A stretch of 54,100 nucleotides of DNA, from the NCBI GenBank assembly GCA_013115145.1, contig JAAPAO010000198.1, positions 1 to 54,100 of the forward strand, read 5' to 3'. This document shows positions 14,060 to 26,030 of the stretch, one piece after another (within the stretch, counting starts at the first letter, position 1; every line of letters begins with the position of its first letter). The position numbers were made by a program, and so were the translations under genes. Below the pieces are notes generated by a model. That model saw only the letters and a program-made list of their open reading frames with translations. It did not search any database and was not told the origin of the DNA. The stretch is from Perkinsus chesapeaki ATCC PRA-425. Taxonomy: Eukaryota > Protista > Perkinsozoa.

Positions 14060-15641
14060 ATGCCCACACTTCTTCAACATAACCCAACAACTCGTGTCTC
14101 AGTAAAGCGCGCTGGTCGCCAACCACGGGAGCTCAAGGACAGGTGAGAACGAGCAGCTGCAGCCGTATGGTGCAGGTGGGTGGGTACTGCTGCTGGCCTT
14201 CTAACAGGTATCGAGTGGCGTGCTTGCAACGGCTGGTTGCGAGCAGGAAGACCATCATCGACCGTATCAGAGGAGTGCATGATAGCTGCCAATCGGAGGT
14301 CACCATCAAATGGTTACCATTTTCCCTGCTTATTTGATCTGTTGGCGGGATCTGTTGATCTAGCGTCGTCGGGAACGAGGCTGCTACTCTTGGCAGGTTA
14401 TCGCGGAGGCTGTCGGAGGCGAGCTTAGCAACCTTCGGAAAGAGAACGATGTCGGGCTCCTTGGTGGGGAAGACTGGGTTGATCTCGCACGGTTGTTAGA
14501 GGAAGACCTGAGAGACCAACTTGAACGACTGGACAACGATGCGGAATGCCGCGGTGAGAACTGGGCACGTGCTTCGACTTGGACATATTCTCATGGAGAG
14601 TTTTCATCGGCGGGTATCAGTTGGATATATTACTCTACAGTATAGACTTTATAGTTCATATGCTCGCAACTTCGAAAATAGATTGGGTGTCACTAAACAA
14701 CCGATGATGGGTGATGAAGTTTGTTTAATGGCCCCCCATAAAAAGGGCCGACTGTCACAGTCAGGCCGGGAGCTAGGCCCTGCACAGGAGTCACTACTGA
14801 TGACATCACCGGCGGGCCAGCTTTTGGGAGTCTCCGACTGTTTCCGTCCTTCCATTTCGCAACTACCTCAGAGATTAGCCTTCTTGGGAATCGCCAAGGC
14901 GCTGCCTTGCGGGGTCGGGGTATCGTCGAAGGGGGGCCTACTACAGCTCTACAGGACTTGGACCTCTCACGTGGGAACCACACTCGATGCTATTTCGTCG
15001 TCATTCTAGGCAATTTTAACACACGCTACCGCGTTCAAAGCCGAACCGAACAGAAGAGAGCTCCCGGTTAATGACTGCGATCACCACAGAGTTATGCTAC
15101 ATTTTTGGGCGTGTTGCGCGAAATTCGGTATGAGATTCTTTGCACGCGTGCACAAAAACTGTCTCTACCGAGATGCCTTTCGGTGTTGTCAGACTTTGCG
15201 GCTTGCCGCCTGCATGAAATTGAGGAAATGGAGATGCAAGCTGCCGTCGAGGAGCTGTAGGCATTCTGTCTCTTATCTTCTCAATAATAGCTTACGATTA
15301 GATACTTGTCACACATGGCGACTCAAGGGGGAGTTCCCTGTCCGTTGTGTTCAAAAGGCAAGCTCGGCCTCAGCCGATCAGATGGCCTACTCTGGTGTGA
15401 GAGCTGTATCGATATGAGGTTACGCTTGGGAAGGCCAGGTAGAGAGCAACACGCCCGTTGCTCGGGTGATGATGTCTTATCAGGTTTAAGCTTAGAGGAC
15501 GACATCGCACCTCTCTTGCATTCAGCTGTTCGTCGACACCTAGAGGAGGGTAAATGCGAACAGAGCCCAACGTTTAAGATTAAGGATGGTAGACTGATAG
15601 CACTCTGCAATATGTGCCACTGGAAAAATGAAGCACTTTAG
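14060..15641 (+). CDS. RPAIN: RPA-interacting protein (RIP/RPAIN-like)
   Basis: N-terminal ...ELKDR|YRVACLQRLVASRKTIIDRIRG matches the RPA_interact_N pattern (F/YRxxCLxRxxxSRxxllxrxR). Acidic middle region. C-terminal CPLC...CESC...H...C...CNMC matches the RPA_interact_C zinc ribbon. The splice join EEL|YLSHMATQGGVPCPLC is in frame. Confidence 0.75.
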
Positions 15642-15704
15642 AATTGAAGCTACTACTTGTTTTAAAACTTCTCACTAATGAACGTAAGGCGTCTTGTTGC
15701 GCAG

Positions 15705-17470
15705 TTAGATCGCTCTATCGGCGGCAAATCTCGAGTGTGTGTAGTCCCGGAACACGTCGGAACCGCTATCGGTGTGATCCCTCTAAAATCGGAAATGAGT
15801 ATGTGTAGAATTCCGCACACATGGCGAGCAATAGTGAGCTGACTTCTGACATTCTTGACCGCGGCGAGTCCGACTAGAGAAGTTCAGGGCTACTGAGTCA
15901 GCAGTCCACTTAGAAAGCCCTACATACATTTCAGCAGTAAAGAGAATTCAATACGCTCGTTGAGTTCGATCGGATGGCGAGGAAGTCGAGTGTGATGTTA
16001 CAGTGTTCTGGAAGTGCGAATGTTATCTGCGCCTCGCTACCTCCTTGTTGTTTGTCTCCTGCCTGAGGTCTTTGGAGTGAATTTCCTTACAGCACCTGGT
16101 CATCAAATGTGTTTCCAGTAAGATACCGCCGATCTAGCAGTTTGGTAGGGAGTGTGATCATTAGTCAGGACATTTCCAGTGACTCGGCTATAGTAGCAAA
16201 GTACACCAAAGCTACGTACTTGATGATGGAAGGAGTAGACGAGGTCGATATGCAATTGGAGTAGGATCGCCATCACACACATTCGCTCGGGTTTGAGATA
16301 TATTCCAACACTAGCTAGAATGCAACCGTCTCTAAAACCCAATAGTTCCAGATAGAATCGTTTCAATATATAATTGGTAACAGAATTTTACTCCACGGGT
16401 TCCTATTTATAGTGCTGAATATCTTCATTATGGGACCATTAAGGTGCGAACTGCGCTTCGTGCCTCGCGATGTAGAAGGCGACGACGGCACAGGAACCCG
16501 AAACCAGCCTACGATTCGTGCCCTGCCGAAGGTGGAACAGTCGGGACAAGAGGCTTTCTCGCCGAAGTTTGGTGAGCTTGCAAACTTCATGCTACCAGTT
16601 GATTGTTCCGTGCAGGTGGACAATATGATATCTGTGTGATATGCCTCGAAGAGCCCGGTGGTAGATGGAAGGCACAGTTAGCGAAGAATGCCAAGTATGC
16701 GACACTTCCAAGGCCGCTAATTATATCCTGGAATTTCCTCAATTTATGTGAATGAACTAGCATGCCAGCTAAGCGGTTCATTCCTGGCTACTTTGGCTGC
16801 TACTAGACTAGCATCTCGCATCACACAATCTTTGCTTTAACAGCGTGTGAGAATCGTCGCAAGATGCGAACTGTTGTTTAGGACCAAATGGAGCCTGACA
16901 GTTGATGTGCTGGGTGAGGTCGAGATGATGGAGATGCCCTTTAGTTCCGGGGATGCAGCAACCAGCGAAAACTTTAAAATCACGTAACTAATTGCATCTC
17001 ACAATCCGTTTAATCCGTCGGTCCACGCGCAGCTGTGGTGCAGCTGCTGCACACTACCATGGTGCTTATTCTTAGAGCCAAAAAATTAAAAAGTTTAATC
17101 GGAAGGGTGACTGGCATGGTATCGGAAAACGAATATGAACGGCGCCAAGAGGAAGTAAGACGATCAACTGTAGCTCATGTAGGAACCGTTTTTAGATCTT
17201 TCGCGATACGTCGGAGTTGGTGAACAGTCGAGTGATGTGGGTTGCTATTTTGCAGATTTCAATCTACGCTGTCGCCTGCGCGTATCAAATGTAGAGAGCA
17301 TCTGTACGGCAGTCTTACTTCATTTGACAGTGTTCTTAGGCGAAGTCTGCGGGGCTTCTTTAGGCAGCATAAGATTTTCTAAACATGTGCCAAGGTATGC
17401 TGTGTTGTGTTCCAAGTGTGGGTAATGCCTGCTAGGCATCACGAAGTATCTATAAACTGCTCCTACTGTA
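15705..17470 (-). CDS. Possible spliced hypothetical gene (fragmentary model)
   Basis: Several AG/GT-bounded open segments on the - strand, e.g. DIISGLGSVAYLAFFANC, DGCILASVGIYLKPERMCVMAILLQLHIDLVY, IGGILLETHLMT, and a last exon RDHTDSGSDVF...DRAI*. I could not build one continuous frame or recognise a family. Confidence 0.2.
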
Positions 17471-18785
17471 CATTCTTGGACCTTCATCGTGAATCGGGGA
17501 TCGAATACACCCGCTACTGCTCTTGTCACGACCGCAAGCCTTGCGGTCGTCACAAGCCTTAGGCCTTCTCTAATCGTCAAGTCATATAAGGTCCACTATG
17601 GTAAGTGTGGACCACGCAGTGTCATTCCTCATAGGCGCTGACGGGACTCCCAACCGAACGAGATATGTTGGCAGTTATAGGCCAGGGTTTCGCGTGGGTG
17701 CCCTGTCACTGAAGTAGGGCAACAGCATGTACAATAAACATCAACCAATTTGTACTCCGAACGCTTGGATGCGCCCTGGTGGGCTGAAACGAACTCCGCG
17801 GTAACTTGACTAACCAGGGGAGATCGTTGGCCAACAATGCTTGCAACCAGCTGCGTGTTCTGGAATTAATACCACTGGAACTGCAGTCAGAATTACCTGT
17901 CTCTACTTAGACACCTTGGACACCTCAATATATATACGGTTAACGAAATGTGATTTATATGGGTTCAGTATTATAGTCATGACCGAATTCCCCGAAGAAA
18001 TTCCTCCCTCTTGTCGGTTGGGTTTTAATAGTAAATGCGTCCATCCTACAACACCGGTGCTTTCGGTGAAGTTAAGGCGAAACCTTTCTACGCGGCATGC
18101 CAACAAGGTGGGGACATTCAAGTGATGGAAAGCGATGTGTCGTCTAGGAGATGTGGCTGAAGCCCGGAAACTGCTGTATGATGACCCAACAGAGAGCACG
18201 TTCTGGGCAGAGAACGAATGCGTTCCTTGTCCCCTAACACTAGCCGTTCACAGTCAATCACCTGCTATGGTACGTACGAGCATAAGCAAATGCCGTGGAT
18301 AAGCCGAGCAAACAAGTTTAATCAGGTCGAGCTACTACTGCAGCACGGCATAGGCAAACCAAAAACGGTAAGACACCCATCACCACCTCTGAAACTCCCT
18401 AGGCGCGTCGATTAACTAGTTTCCCCGCGAAACTTTGGCGAGCCAGAAGTTTTGACTCAAAACTGATTGCATAACCAGCTTTGTCAAAGTTCGACGAGCG
18501 AGCCATCTGCCGGTCAGAACAATATGATATGTGGCCCTGCCACAGACTGGCAGAGAGCCTCTGAGGCAGATAGTTTTCCTTCTGATGCTGAAATTGTTCA
18601 TTTATGTCGCGCGCTGCCGCCTATAACTTAGTAGCCTACTTCTTGTGTAAGCGAACAGCAGGCAATATAGGATAGTGTAACACAACGCAAGGCACGTGAA
18701 TACTCTAGCTTGGAGATGACGGTCTCTGATACAGGTTATTGGCAAGGCAATGATCGCTGCAGCCATGGTTGGCAACTTGAAGATC

Positions 18786-20196
18786 ATGAGCCTTCTGTCC
18801 TCTGCCGATCCGTCTATCGTCGATTACGAAGACCTTCAGAAAGATCCTCCGTCAACACCCTTACTTGCTGCAGTAAGAGTATCCGCTGCTGCCTTTCAAA
18901 GATCGTGAGACTACCGATACCAGCGAGTTAGACTCGCCGAGTTTTGCGTATCGTAGTCCGATTGTAAGTCGATAACTTATCGACGATTATATCGTCGAGA
19001 GTGGTCGAATACTTCTACTCGGAAATCACGATGTTTTCGCTTCCCCGGTTTTTGTTCCAAAAGCCTTTCCAATGAAAAGTTTTTATTCCATAAGCTACGT
19101 TCCAAGATATACTACGCACAGGATGAAGCAGTGCGAACGCTTCTCGACTTGTCCGCCTCACCCATCGGACCACAACCGGAAGGTTTCACCCCCCTCCACA
19201 TGGCAGCTCATACAAATTCGACATGGGCGATGGAGATGCTTCTCGGACGGACATCCGTGACACTTTTAAGCAAGGTTGGGGTGCCTCCTAGGTCGCTGTA
19301 CAGTTATACAACTAATAGGTGCCTGGATTCTGCGGTTCCGCTTCTGAAGGAGAGAATCAGCCTTCAGTGATTCACGTGGCTATTCGTCGATGCAATCTTG
19401 AGCTTGTTCAGCTACTGCTACGCCATCGAGTAGCATGCACATCCGCCGCAGCGTCGTGAAATCGTCTTTACGCAATTCAGGCTGACCCGACTTCACCTTC
19501 GGGGCCTGATGGCGTAACACCCTTGATGATTGCATCTCAGAATGGGAACGCTGGTAGAAGCTGAGCTACCACCATAGCACCTCGGCAAATATGCTCAGTT
19601 GGCGCCGACAACATCGTCAACTTCCTTTTGACCATCGACTCTGTCAGAAGGAGTGTCAACGCTGCTTGCGGGCGCGCGAAATCAATCTACTGCGGGTTAG
19701 GCTCGCCTGACTTGTGGGCCAACACCAACTAACAGCGACGTTAGATACACGGCTCTTCACTTTGCAGCAGAAGCTGGCTGCCTCAAAGCTGTCCGCACCC
19801 TTCTCATATCGGGCGCTTCCCCGAACAAACGTACCGATAGTCATAAACAGTTAAGGTCAACTCGTTCATGTTCTATGTGAACTATCATCGCAGGTATGGC
19901 CATCTTCCTCTGGACCTTTTTCGCGCCAGGGCACGTCCGGAGCTCGGTGGCCATACTTCCGAAAAGGAAGCGCTTGATGATGAAATCTCGCAGGAGCTGA
20001 CTCGTTGCGGCCTCTGCGATGCGAAGGGTTCGACAGTTGTATGAATCGCATGCGATGTTTGGCAGCTAGCTGCTTTACACATCAGTTATGTTTCCGCTGT
20101 CACGCGCAACGCTACTGCACTGACACCTGCCAGAAGAGACACTGGCGTTCACATAAATCATGCTGCAATAACATGGGTGCCGAAAAGGCTCCTTAA
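18786..20196 (+). CDS. Ankyrin-repeat protein with a C-terminal MYND zinc finger
   Basis: Ankyrin motifs GFTPLHMAA, VIHVAIRRCNLELVQLLL, GVTPLMIASQNG, YTALHFAAEAGCLKAVRTLL and GHLPLDL. These are followed by CGLC...LCFRCHAQRYCTDTCQKRHWRSHKSCC (MYND). The junction between exons 1 and 2 is uncertain. Confidence 0.85.
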
Positions 20197-20439
20197 ACGA
20201 CAACAACAGTAGGGCCAGCCTGCGACCATCCTCGTAAGCTCTGCGCTATCGGCCGGTGCAGCTTGTACACGAGTGATTCATTGCTCATTAATCAATCCAT
20301 CGTATGGTTTCCATTATCATAATTGGGTGTTGGTGGAGCATGTAACTTGATTGAGTAAGGACGTAAGTCATTCACGATGAGTGTTGGCGTTATAACATAT
20401 AGTTCCGCTCAAGTAAAAGGTCCTACGGAATATCATATT

Positions 20440-21975
20440 CCATATTCCGAATATGGTTTTGCACTATACCTGCAAAAATTACCCAAGTATACCCGTTAAC
20501 AATTTATTGAAGAAGGCGACGAAGGACTAATAGTCCTGGACTATCTCTAAAAGTGAAGTAGCGGGTTTCGAATGCCCCTAAAAGGGACAAACGATACCAT
20601 TCCTCCCTTTGATGCCATTCGTTTCGAATTGCATCAAGGAAGGACTGGTTCCGGAAGGAGTTGCTGAAAACCTCGTCCAGAAAACCCCTCACTTGGATCC
20701 CTAGAGTCTGGGGGTCTGACCCCAGTCCTGTGGCCAAGTAGCACACGCTAAAGAGGCCGACTGGACTTGAGGTGAAAAGAGATCCCCAGTGATACTGGTT
20801 TGTGAACCAGTACCAACCAAAACAGGAGCAGCAGGAGGAGGAGCAACAGCAACCGTATCATCGTCATCATCATCCGGTGTCTCGGCAAGGCCCTTGCCGA
20901 GACACCGGGGGCACCTGGGGGCACCACCGCCATGCCCCTGGGGCATGGCGGTGGTGGCGGTGATGCCGAAGTCTTCGACTCGAAGAAGCTGTCGAATAAC
21001 TTTACGCTCACATCAATATCATTATTATCGTCTTCGTCATCCTCGTTGTCATGATAACAAAGTGTCATTGTCATTGACAATGTCATCATCAACCGCGTTC
21101 AATTTGAACGGTTTAAAGATGGAAATTCTACCTCCGGCTTGGGCCACGGTAGAATTGATGACATGATGCTTCGGTTTTCAATGACAACTCGTCATCAACG
21201 TCGGAGGGTTGGGCTTGTTGTCACGAGGGCGTTTCGGCATAATGGAATACAATAATCCTACAAAAAACCTTACAAAGAGATAAGACAACAACGAATATGC
21301 TTTACGCATACAAATAAAAGAATCATCATCATCACTATCAGGAAATTAGTCGAGGAAATCTTCATAGAAGAAAAGCGGTGGCCTTTGCCCGAGTGAGGAT
21401 CATATCGTGCAGTGCATTGGGTGTCCAAAAATCAAACAAAATCAAAAAAAGTGAACAAAGGTTGCCCAGACTGGGCAGCCCAGTTGCGTGTCTGCGTGCA
21501 GATGGAACAGAAGTTTCAATGATTCTTGGGAATCCCAAGTTGGGATCAATGGTACTCAATCATAATACTGTATCATGATCGAGTATCAGTGATACTGTAT
21601 TGTCTGTATCACCAAATACTTAACTATTCAGATCCAGTATCATTTTGACCTTTTGTTTTGGCTGTAACAAGATCTTAATAACAGACTGTTATTAACAGCT
21701 GTGTAACCGCAAAACGACCACTGTAAATACCACTGTACTGGGCGACGCAGAGCAACTACAATTATGACAATTGATTTTTCGCCTTTTCGCCTAGGACACT
21801 AGACCAAGCTCGGTCGCCCACCGCTATATTGCAAGTATGAGAACCTTCTAGGCTCGGTATAGTGATAAATAATCACTAATGAGCCATTGGGCCTCTTTCA
21901 CAACAAACTTAAGTTTGTAGATTCTTAGGGTAAGGACTCTTTTCCCACTTACTTAACTTACCGGTGACTCACCGG
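20440..21975. repeat. Cluster of at least 14 short inverted repeats (7-17 bp arms), each with a 1-nt centre
   Basis: Read directly from the sequence. Examples: ccggtgtctcggcaagg-c-ccttgccgagacaccgg (20874-20908), caccaccgccatgcccc-t-ggggcatggcggtggtg (20922-20956), ttaataacag-a-ctgttattaa (21675-21695). Confidence 0.9.
20504..21240 (-). pseudogene. Degenerate frameshifted coding-like segment (acidic/Pro-rich), origin unknown
   Basis: ATG at 21240 (MPKRPRDNKP), then coding-like stretches in three different frames (DNEDDEDDNND..., PDDDDDDTVAV..., FLDEVFSNSFRNQSFLDAIRNEWHQREEWY...) with no convincing introns linking them. Confidence 0.25.
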
Positions 21976-22727
21976 CGGTGAGGCCGTTTCACGGAAAACT
22001 CAGACTTGACCCTAAGAGACCTTACCTTAAGATTTACCATAAGTGAGGTCTCACCGCAAATCTTAAGATCTTACCACAAATCTTAAAAACTTGCGCATGT
22101 TGCAACGCGTGGTGACAGTACTGCGGAACCCTTGACACACTTCACGCGCGACGGCCTCGCGCGTGGCCTATGTTATAAACCGTTGACCCCCTACATCTCT
22201 GAGGGGAACCGCACGGATGACGAACACGACGTCCTTTAATGCATCAACTTGCTTTTAGACGCTGCTCGTGCCGTGCAGCCTGTCGACGGCATAGCTTCCC
22301 CTCTGCTGTCGCAAAATTTGTTAAACGCATGCGCAATTGAAGTGATCGGAAATCGATTCCGACACGCGCAAGTGCAAAAGCATATAGTAAAATTGCTCCA
22401 CGTGGATTTGTACCCACGAGGATTTTTCGAAGCGGGTATGAAGATTAGCGGTGCGAAGTAGGGGAATTATTCCCCGGGAATACATTTTCAACACGTAAGG
22501 TCAGGGCAGGGGTGGTCTACCGGTAAGTTAAGTAAGTGGTTAAGATCTAAGTAAGAGGTTAATCTGAACAAGTTCACTAACTTAAGGGTAGGGTTCCTTA
22601 CCTTAAGGGTGAGGGTTCAAAACTTAAGTAATCTTACCCTCCTTATCTGGTAAGTGAAACGATTTTATGTAAGTTCTTAAGTTCTTACTCGTAAGTTCTT
22701 AAGTAAGTTGCTTGTGAAAGAGGCTCA
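21888..22727. mobile_element. Non-autonomous TIR DNA transposon (MITE-like), 840 bp
   Basis: Terminal inverted repeats tgggcctctttcacaa (21888-21903) and ttgtgaaagaggctca (22712-22727) match at 15/16 positions, with AT on both sides. A second exact 21-bp inverted pair lies at 21945-21965 and 22519-22539. Both ends are packed with CTTAAG/CTTAC/GTAAG motifs. No transposase ORF. Confidence 0.8.
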
Positions 22728-22956
22728 ATAACTAATAAGCTACGAGGGGTCTAGAGAATTGAAACCGTTTATAATATCTTTATCGATTATCCTGGCGCAA
22801 GCGATACTTACGCTAATTTCTCGCGCGCCCGATTTTTGAAATGTGTGATTGTCCATTCCGATGGGCTCCGAGACTCTTTAGATGTCTTTATGTTGAGTAC
22901 AATTCTAGTACACTTTGGTGTTAGCAAACCCCTTTTTTGGTGTTAATAAGCCCGTT

Positions 22957-24464
22957 ATGCGTTATTATCGAGATGCCGGCTACACACATGGCTACGGCTA
23001 CCGTGGTGATGGTTACTATCGTGATTACTATGGTGATGGAAGGTCATCAGCTAAAACGTATCACACTTGGAGCAGACATCGATCTTACAAGTGGCGAGGC
23101 TCGAGAAGTCGGTCACATAACGGTACGAGGTCTACCAGGTGGTCCTCTAGAGGGTATGATGACGGCTACTCGAAGAACAAGCACTACTATGATCCCCAAA
23201 GCACCAAAAGTTACTCGACTACGTCACGAGGCTCGAGCAGCAGTCGGAGTGCTTCGACGAGCGACCATCCCCCGGCCAAGAGTAAGGACGATGACATCGT
23301 GCATTTTGATTGGAAGAGGGGCGATCGACTTGGCAGCTCTGGTCGGTATATCTGCATGAAACACCTCGGTGATGGAACTTTTGGTAGAGTTATTGGATGC
23401 GAAGATACTCATCATAACAACCAGCTGGTTGCCGTTAAGGTCATTCGTGATGTTCAACGTTACAGGGAGTCGGCTGAGATCGAGGCTGAGATCCTCCAGA
23501 GACTCAATCGTCGTATGGACAAGCTGGGGCTGACACACGCCGAGACACACATTGTACGGTTGTATGAGACATTCCACCACCGGCAGTACTACTGTCTGGC
23601 CTTCGAAGTTCTCGGCTGTAGTCTCTATGATCTCATCAAGGCCAACAACTACCGTGGACTTTTCATGACGGACGTTCAAGCACTTGCTCGAGCTCTTTTC
23701 AAAGCTTTGAGATTTTGCCATGATGAGCTGAGGTTAACCCACACAGATTTGAAGCCAGAAAATGTCCTATATATGCAAGCTACTACGAAACATGACGATA
23801 GCTGTTATGAGCTGGATACAGCAGATCTTCCCAGGCGACTGAGAGGGTGTGATGGCCACTCTAGAAGTCGATCTAAACTGTACCTTCGACCGAAATGTGA
23901 CAAAATGAAGGTTATCGATTTTGGTAATGGTACATTCAGAGACGACCATCACAGTTCTATTGTTAATACTCGGCAGTATCGAAGCCCAGAAGTTATACTA
24001 GGCCATGGATGGAGCGAAGTATCTGATATGTGGAGCGTTGGTTGTATTCTCATGGAGGCGTACAGCGGTGAGCTGTTGTTCCCGACACACGACAATCTCG
24101 AGCATCTACACATGATGGAGGTAGGACTCGTGGTGAGTTTTATCTTGATAGTGTGTTTTCATTTCAGAGAGTTCTCGATAGAAGGTTTACGTCACATTAT
24201 CTCGGACGTTCCAATTCGGAGGCGAAGGCAAAACTGATAACGCTTGATCGATATTCCCAATGGACTTTGCACGGTATACATGACCGGAAGCATTTAGAGA
24301 ACATTGAAGACTGCCGTCCGTTACGTCGTATGGTAGCTCCAGGTCACGAACTGCTTGCAGACCTCGTCGAGCGATGTCTTGAAGTCGATCCTTCCAGGAG
24401 GATAACGGCGGCCGAGGCGCTCAATCACGAGTTCATGTATACCGATTTCACCTATAATGAATAA
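22957..24464 (+). CDS. CLK: LAMMER/CLK-family dual-specificity protein kinase
   Basis: R/S/Y-rich N-terminus. Kinase motifs GDGTFGRV, VAVKVIR, HTDLKPEN, DFG, TRQYRSPEV, DMWSVGCIL and EHLHMME|RVL. Single intron 24121-24167. Ends DPSRRITAAEALNHEF...NE*. Confidence 0.93.
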
Positions 24465-24657
24465 GATGACAATAGTTATCGCTGATACGATTTTGCACCA
24501 TTGATCTGTACTGCTCGTCCTGCTGATGCTAAACCTCGATAATTGCCGGATATTCTTCAACAAGCTTGTGCAGTAAGTTAGTTGTTTAATAATACCTTGT
24601 AATAGTCCTAGTAAAGGCCGCCGCCTCTCTATACAGCTTTGGACGGGCTAGTCTATC

Positions 24658-26030
24658 ATGGCAGCCACCGCCCCACAACGAGCGATAAAATCTTTGTCTG
24701 ACCCTCTGGTGACGGAACTATTGGGCTTGGCGAACGAGAGCGCCCGTCGAGTGGAGAGTAAGTTGTGTGTCGTGTCCGGTAGGAAGCTCTTGCATGAGCT
24801 CGGGGAGAAGTAAGATCGCTTGAGGTGGTGGTGAGTGGGGATGATGAATTGATGAAGTTACTCATTCAAGCAAGTAGTGTCGGACCGTCCATTGCCCCCG
24901 ATGTGCCCACTACGGTATGAATCGCATCATATTGTATCCGACAAGATACTCAGAAGGTAGGTGGGATCTTTCTGTAGCCCGAGCGTAGAGCTTTGGTACT
25001 GCCTGGAGCAGTAGGTAGCACGTTTATTGGCTGGTCGCGGCAACTATTCGACATTTGCCTTCTGAGGTGTCTTGTGCTTACTTGAATCCATACTACAACG
25101 CTCCCTTCTGATTGCACTTGCCAAATTAAACCAGGCTGAGGCTTACTCGGATTTCAGGGTGGCTAACATGCGTTCTTATCAACACAACATGCTGGGCACA
25201 GTACAGATGCCTCAACCGCTAGAAAAGCCTCCGGACACCGCTAGGCTACTGCTAGTACTGTAAAGGCGTGTACGCGTCGCCAACTGGAAGCCCTTGTAGA
25301 TCCTAGATGGTATCATTGACGCTGGTCAGCTGGGGACGATACTTCGATCGGCGTTTGCGTTGAAGTGGCATTCGGTGTGGTTCCTGCCCCGTACAAACAC
25401 CGACCCGTTTGACTATAAGGCGATACGGAGTAGTCAAGTAGGACTCAAGGTGGAGCCTACCAAATGAGATGGGCCTCTGTTAGGGAGCGTTGTGGAACAT
25501 GCCATTCACTTACGGCAAACTGGACAGGCTCGAACGGTAGTCTTGTAGCCCAGTTGTGGATGGAATAGATGCTCCTGACAGATTTATCGACGAAGCTGAG
25601 CTGTTCCCGGCGGTGCTGGATACTAGAGGGGCGCTAATAGGCCAGGAGAGTGACATATTTGCTAAGGCGAATGCCAGAGGGAATGGAACACGTGACAGGC
25701 AAAGGAGGAATGGCATTGCTTTGTTGATACGGGGGCCACATGCGGGGCTGGCTGTACCACCAAGTGAGATATCTGCTGGACTGAACTACGGACTATTATG
25801 TTGTCACGGACACAGCTTTAACTGGTATTGTAAATGATAGTGAGCAGTTTCGTGAAAGTAGCTGTGACATCACCACAGAAGTGTTGAGGAATATACGTAT
25901 TAAGGGCATAGTTAGTAAACTGGATGTAGTTATCCTGCACTAGTACAAAATAGCTTATTAGAGACCTGCTGTGCATCCCTTTGGCATTTTACAAGTCCAG
26001 AAAGACATAATGAGTAAATGCTATTTATAC
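24658..26030 (+). CDS. SpoU/TrmH-family RNA 2'-O-methyltransferase (3' end approximate)
   Basis: N-terminal SLSDPLVTELLGLA...RR...VVSGRKLLHEL resembles the TrmH substrate-binding leader. SPOUT motif 1 ILDGIIDAGQLGTILRSA...TDPFDYKAIRSSQ|GALW, then GIALLIRG. The last exons are not firmly resolved. Confidence 0.75.

Noticed and set aside
22190-22300. Possible THAP-like transposase start (MPSTGCTARA) on the - strand inside the MITE
   Set aside because: Lacks the second Cys and downstream conserved residues, and hits a stop within 20 codons.
20440-22727. CRISPR-like or terminator interpretation of the hairpins
   Set aside because: No repeated identical unit with spacers. The context is eukaryotic and the hairpins lack U-tracts and gene-end placement.
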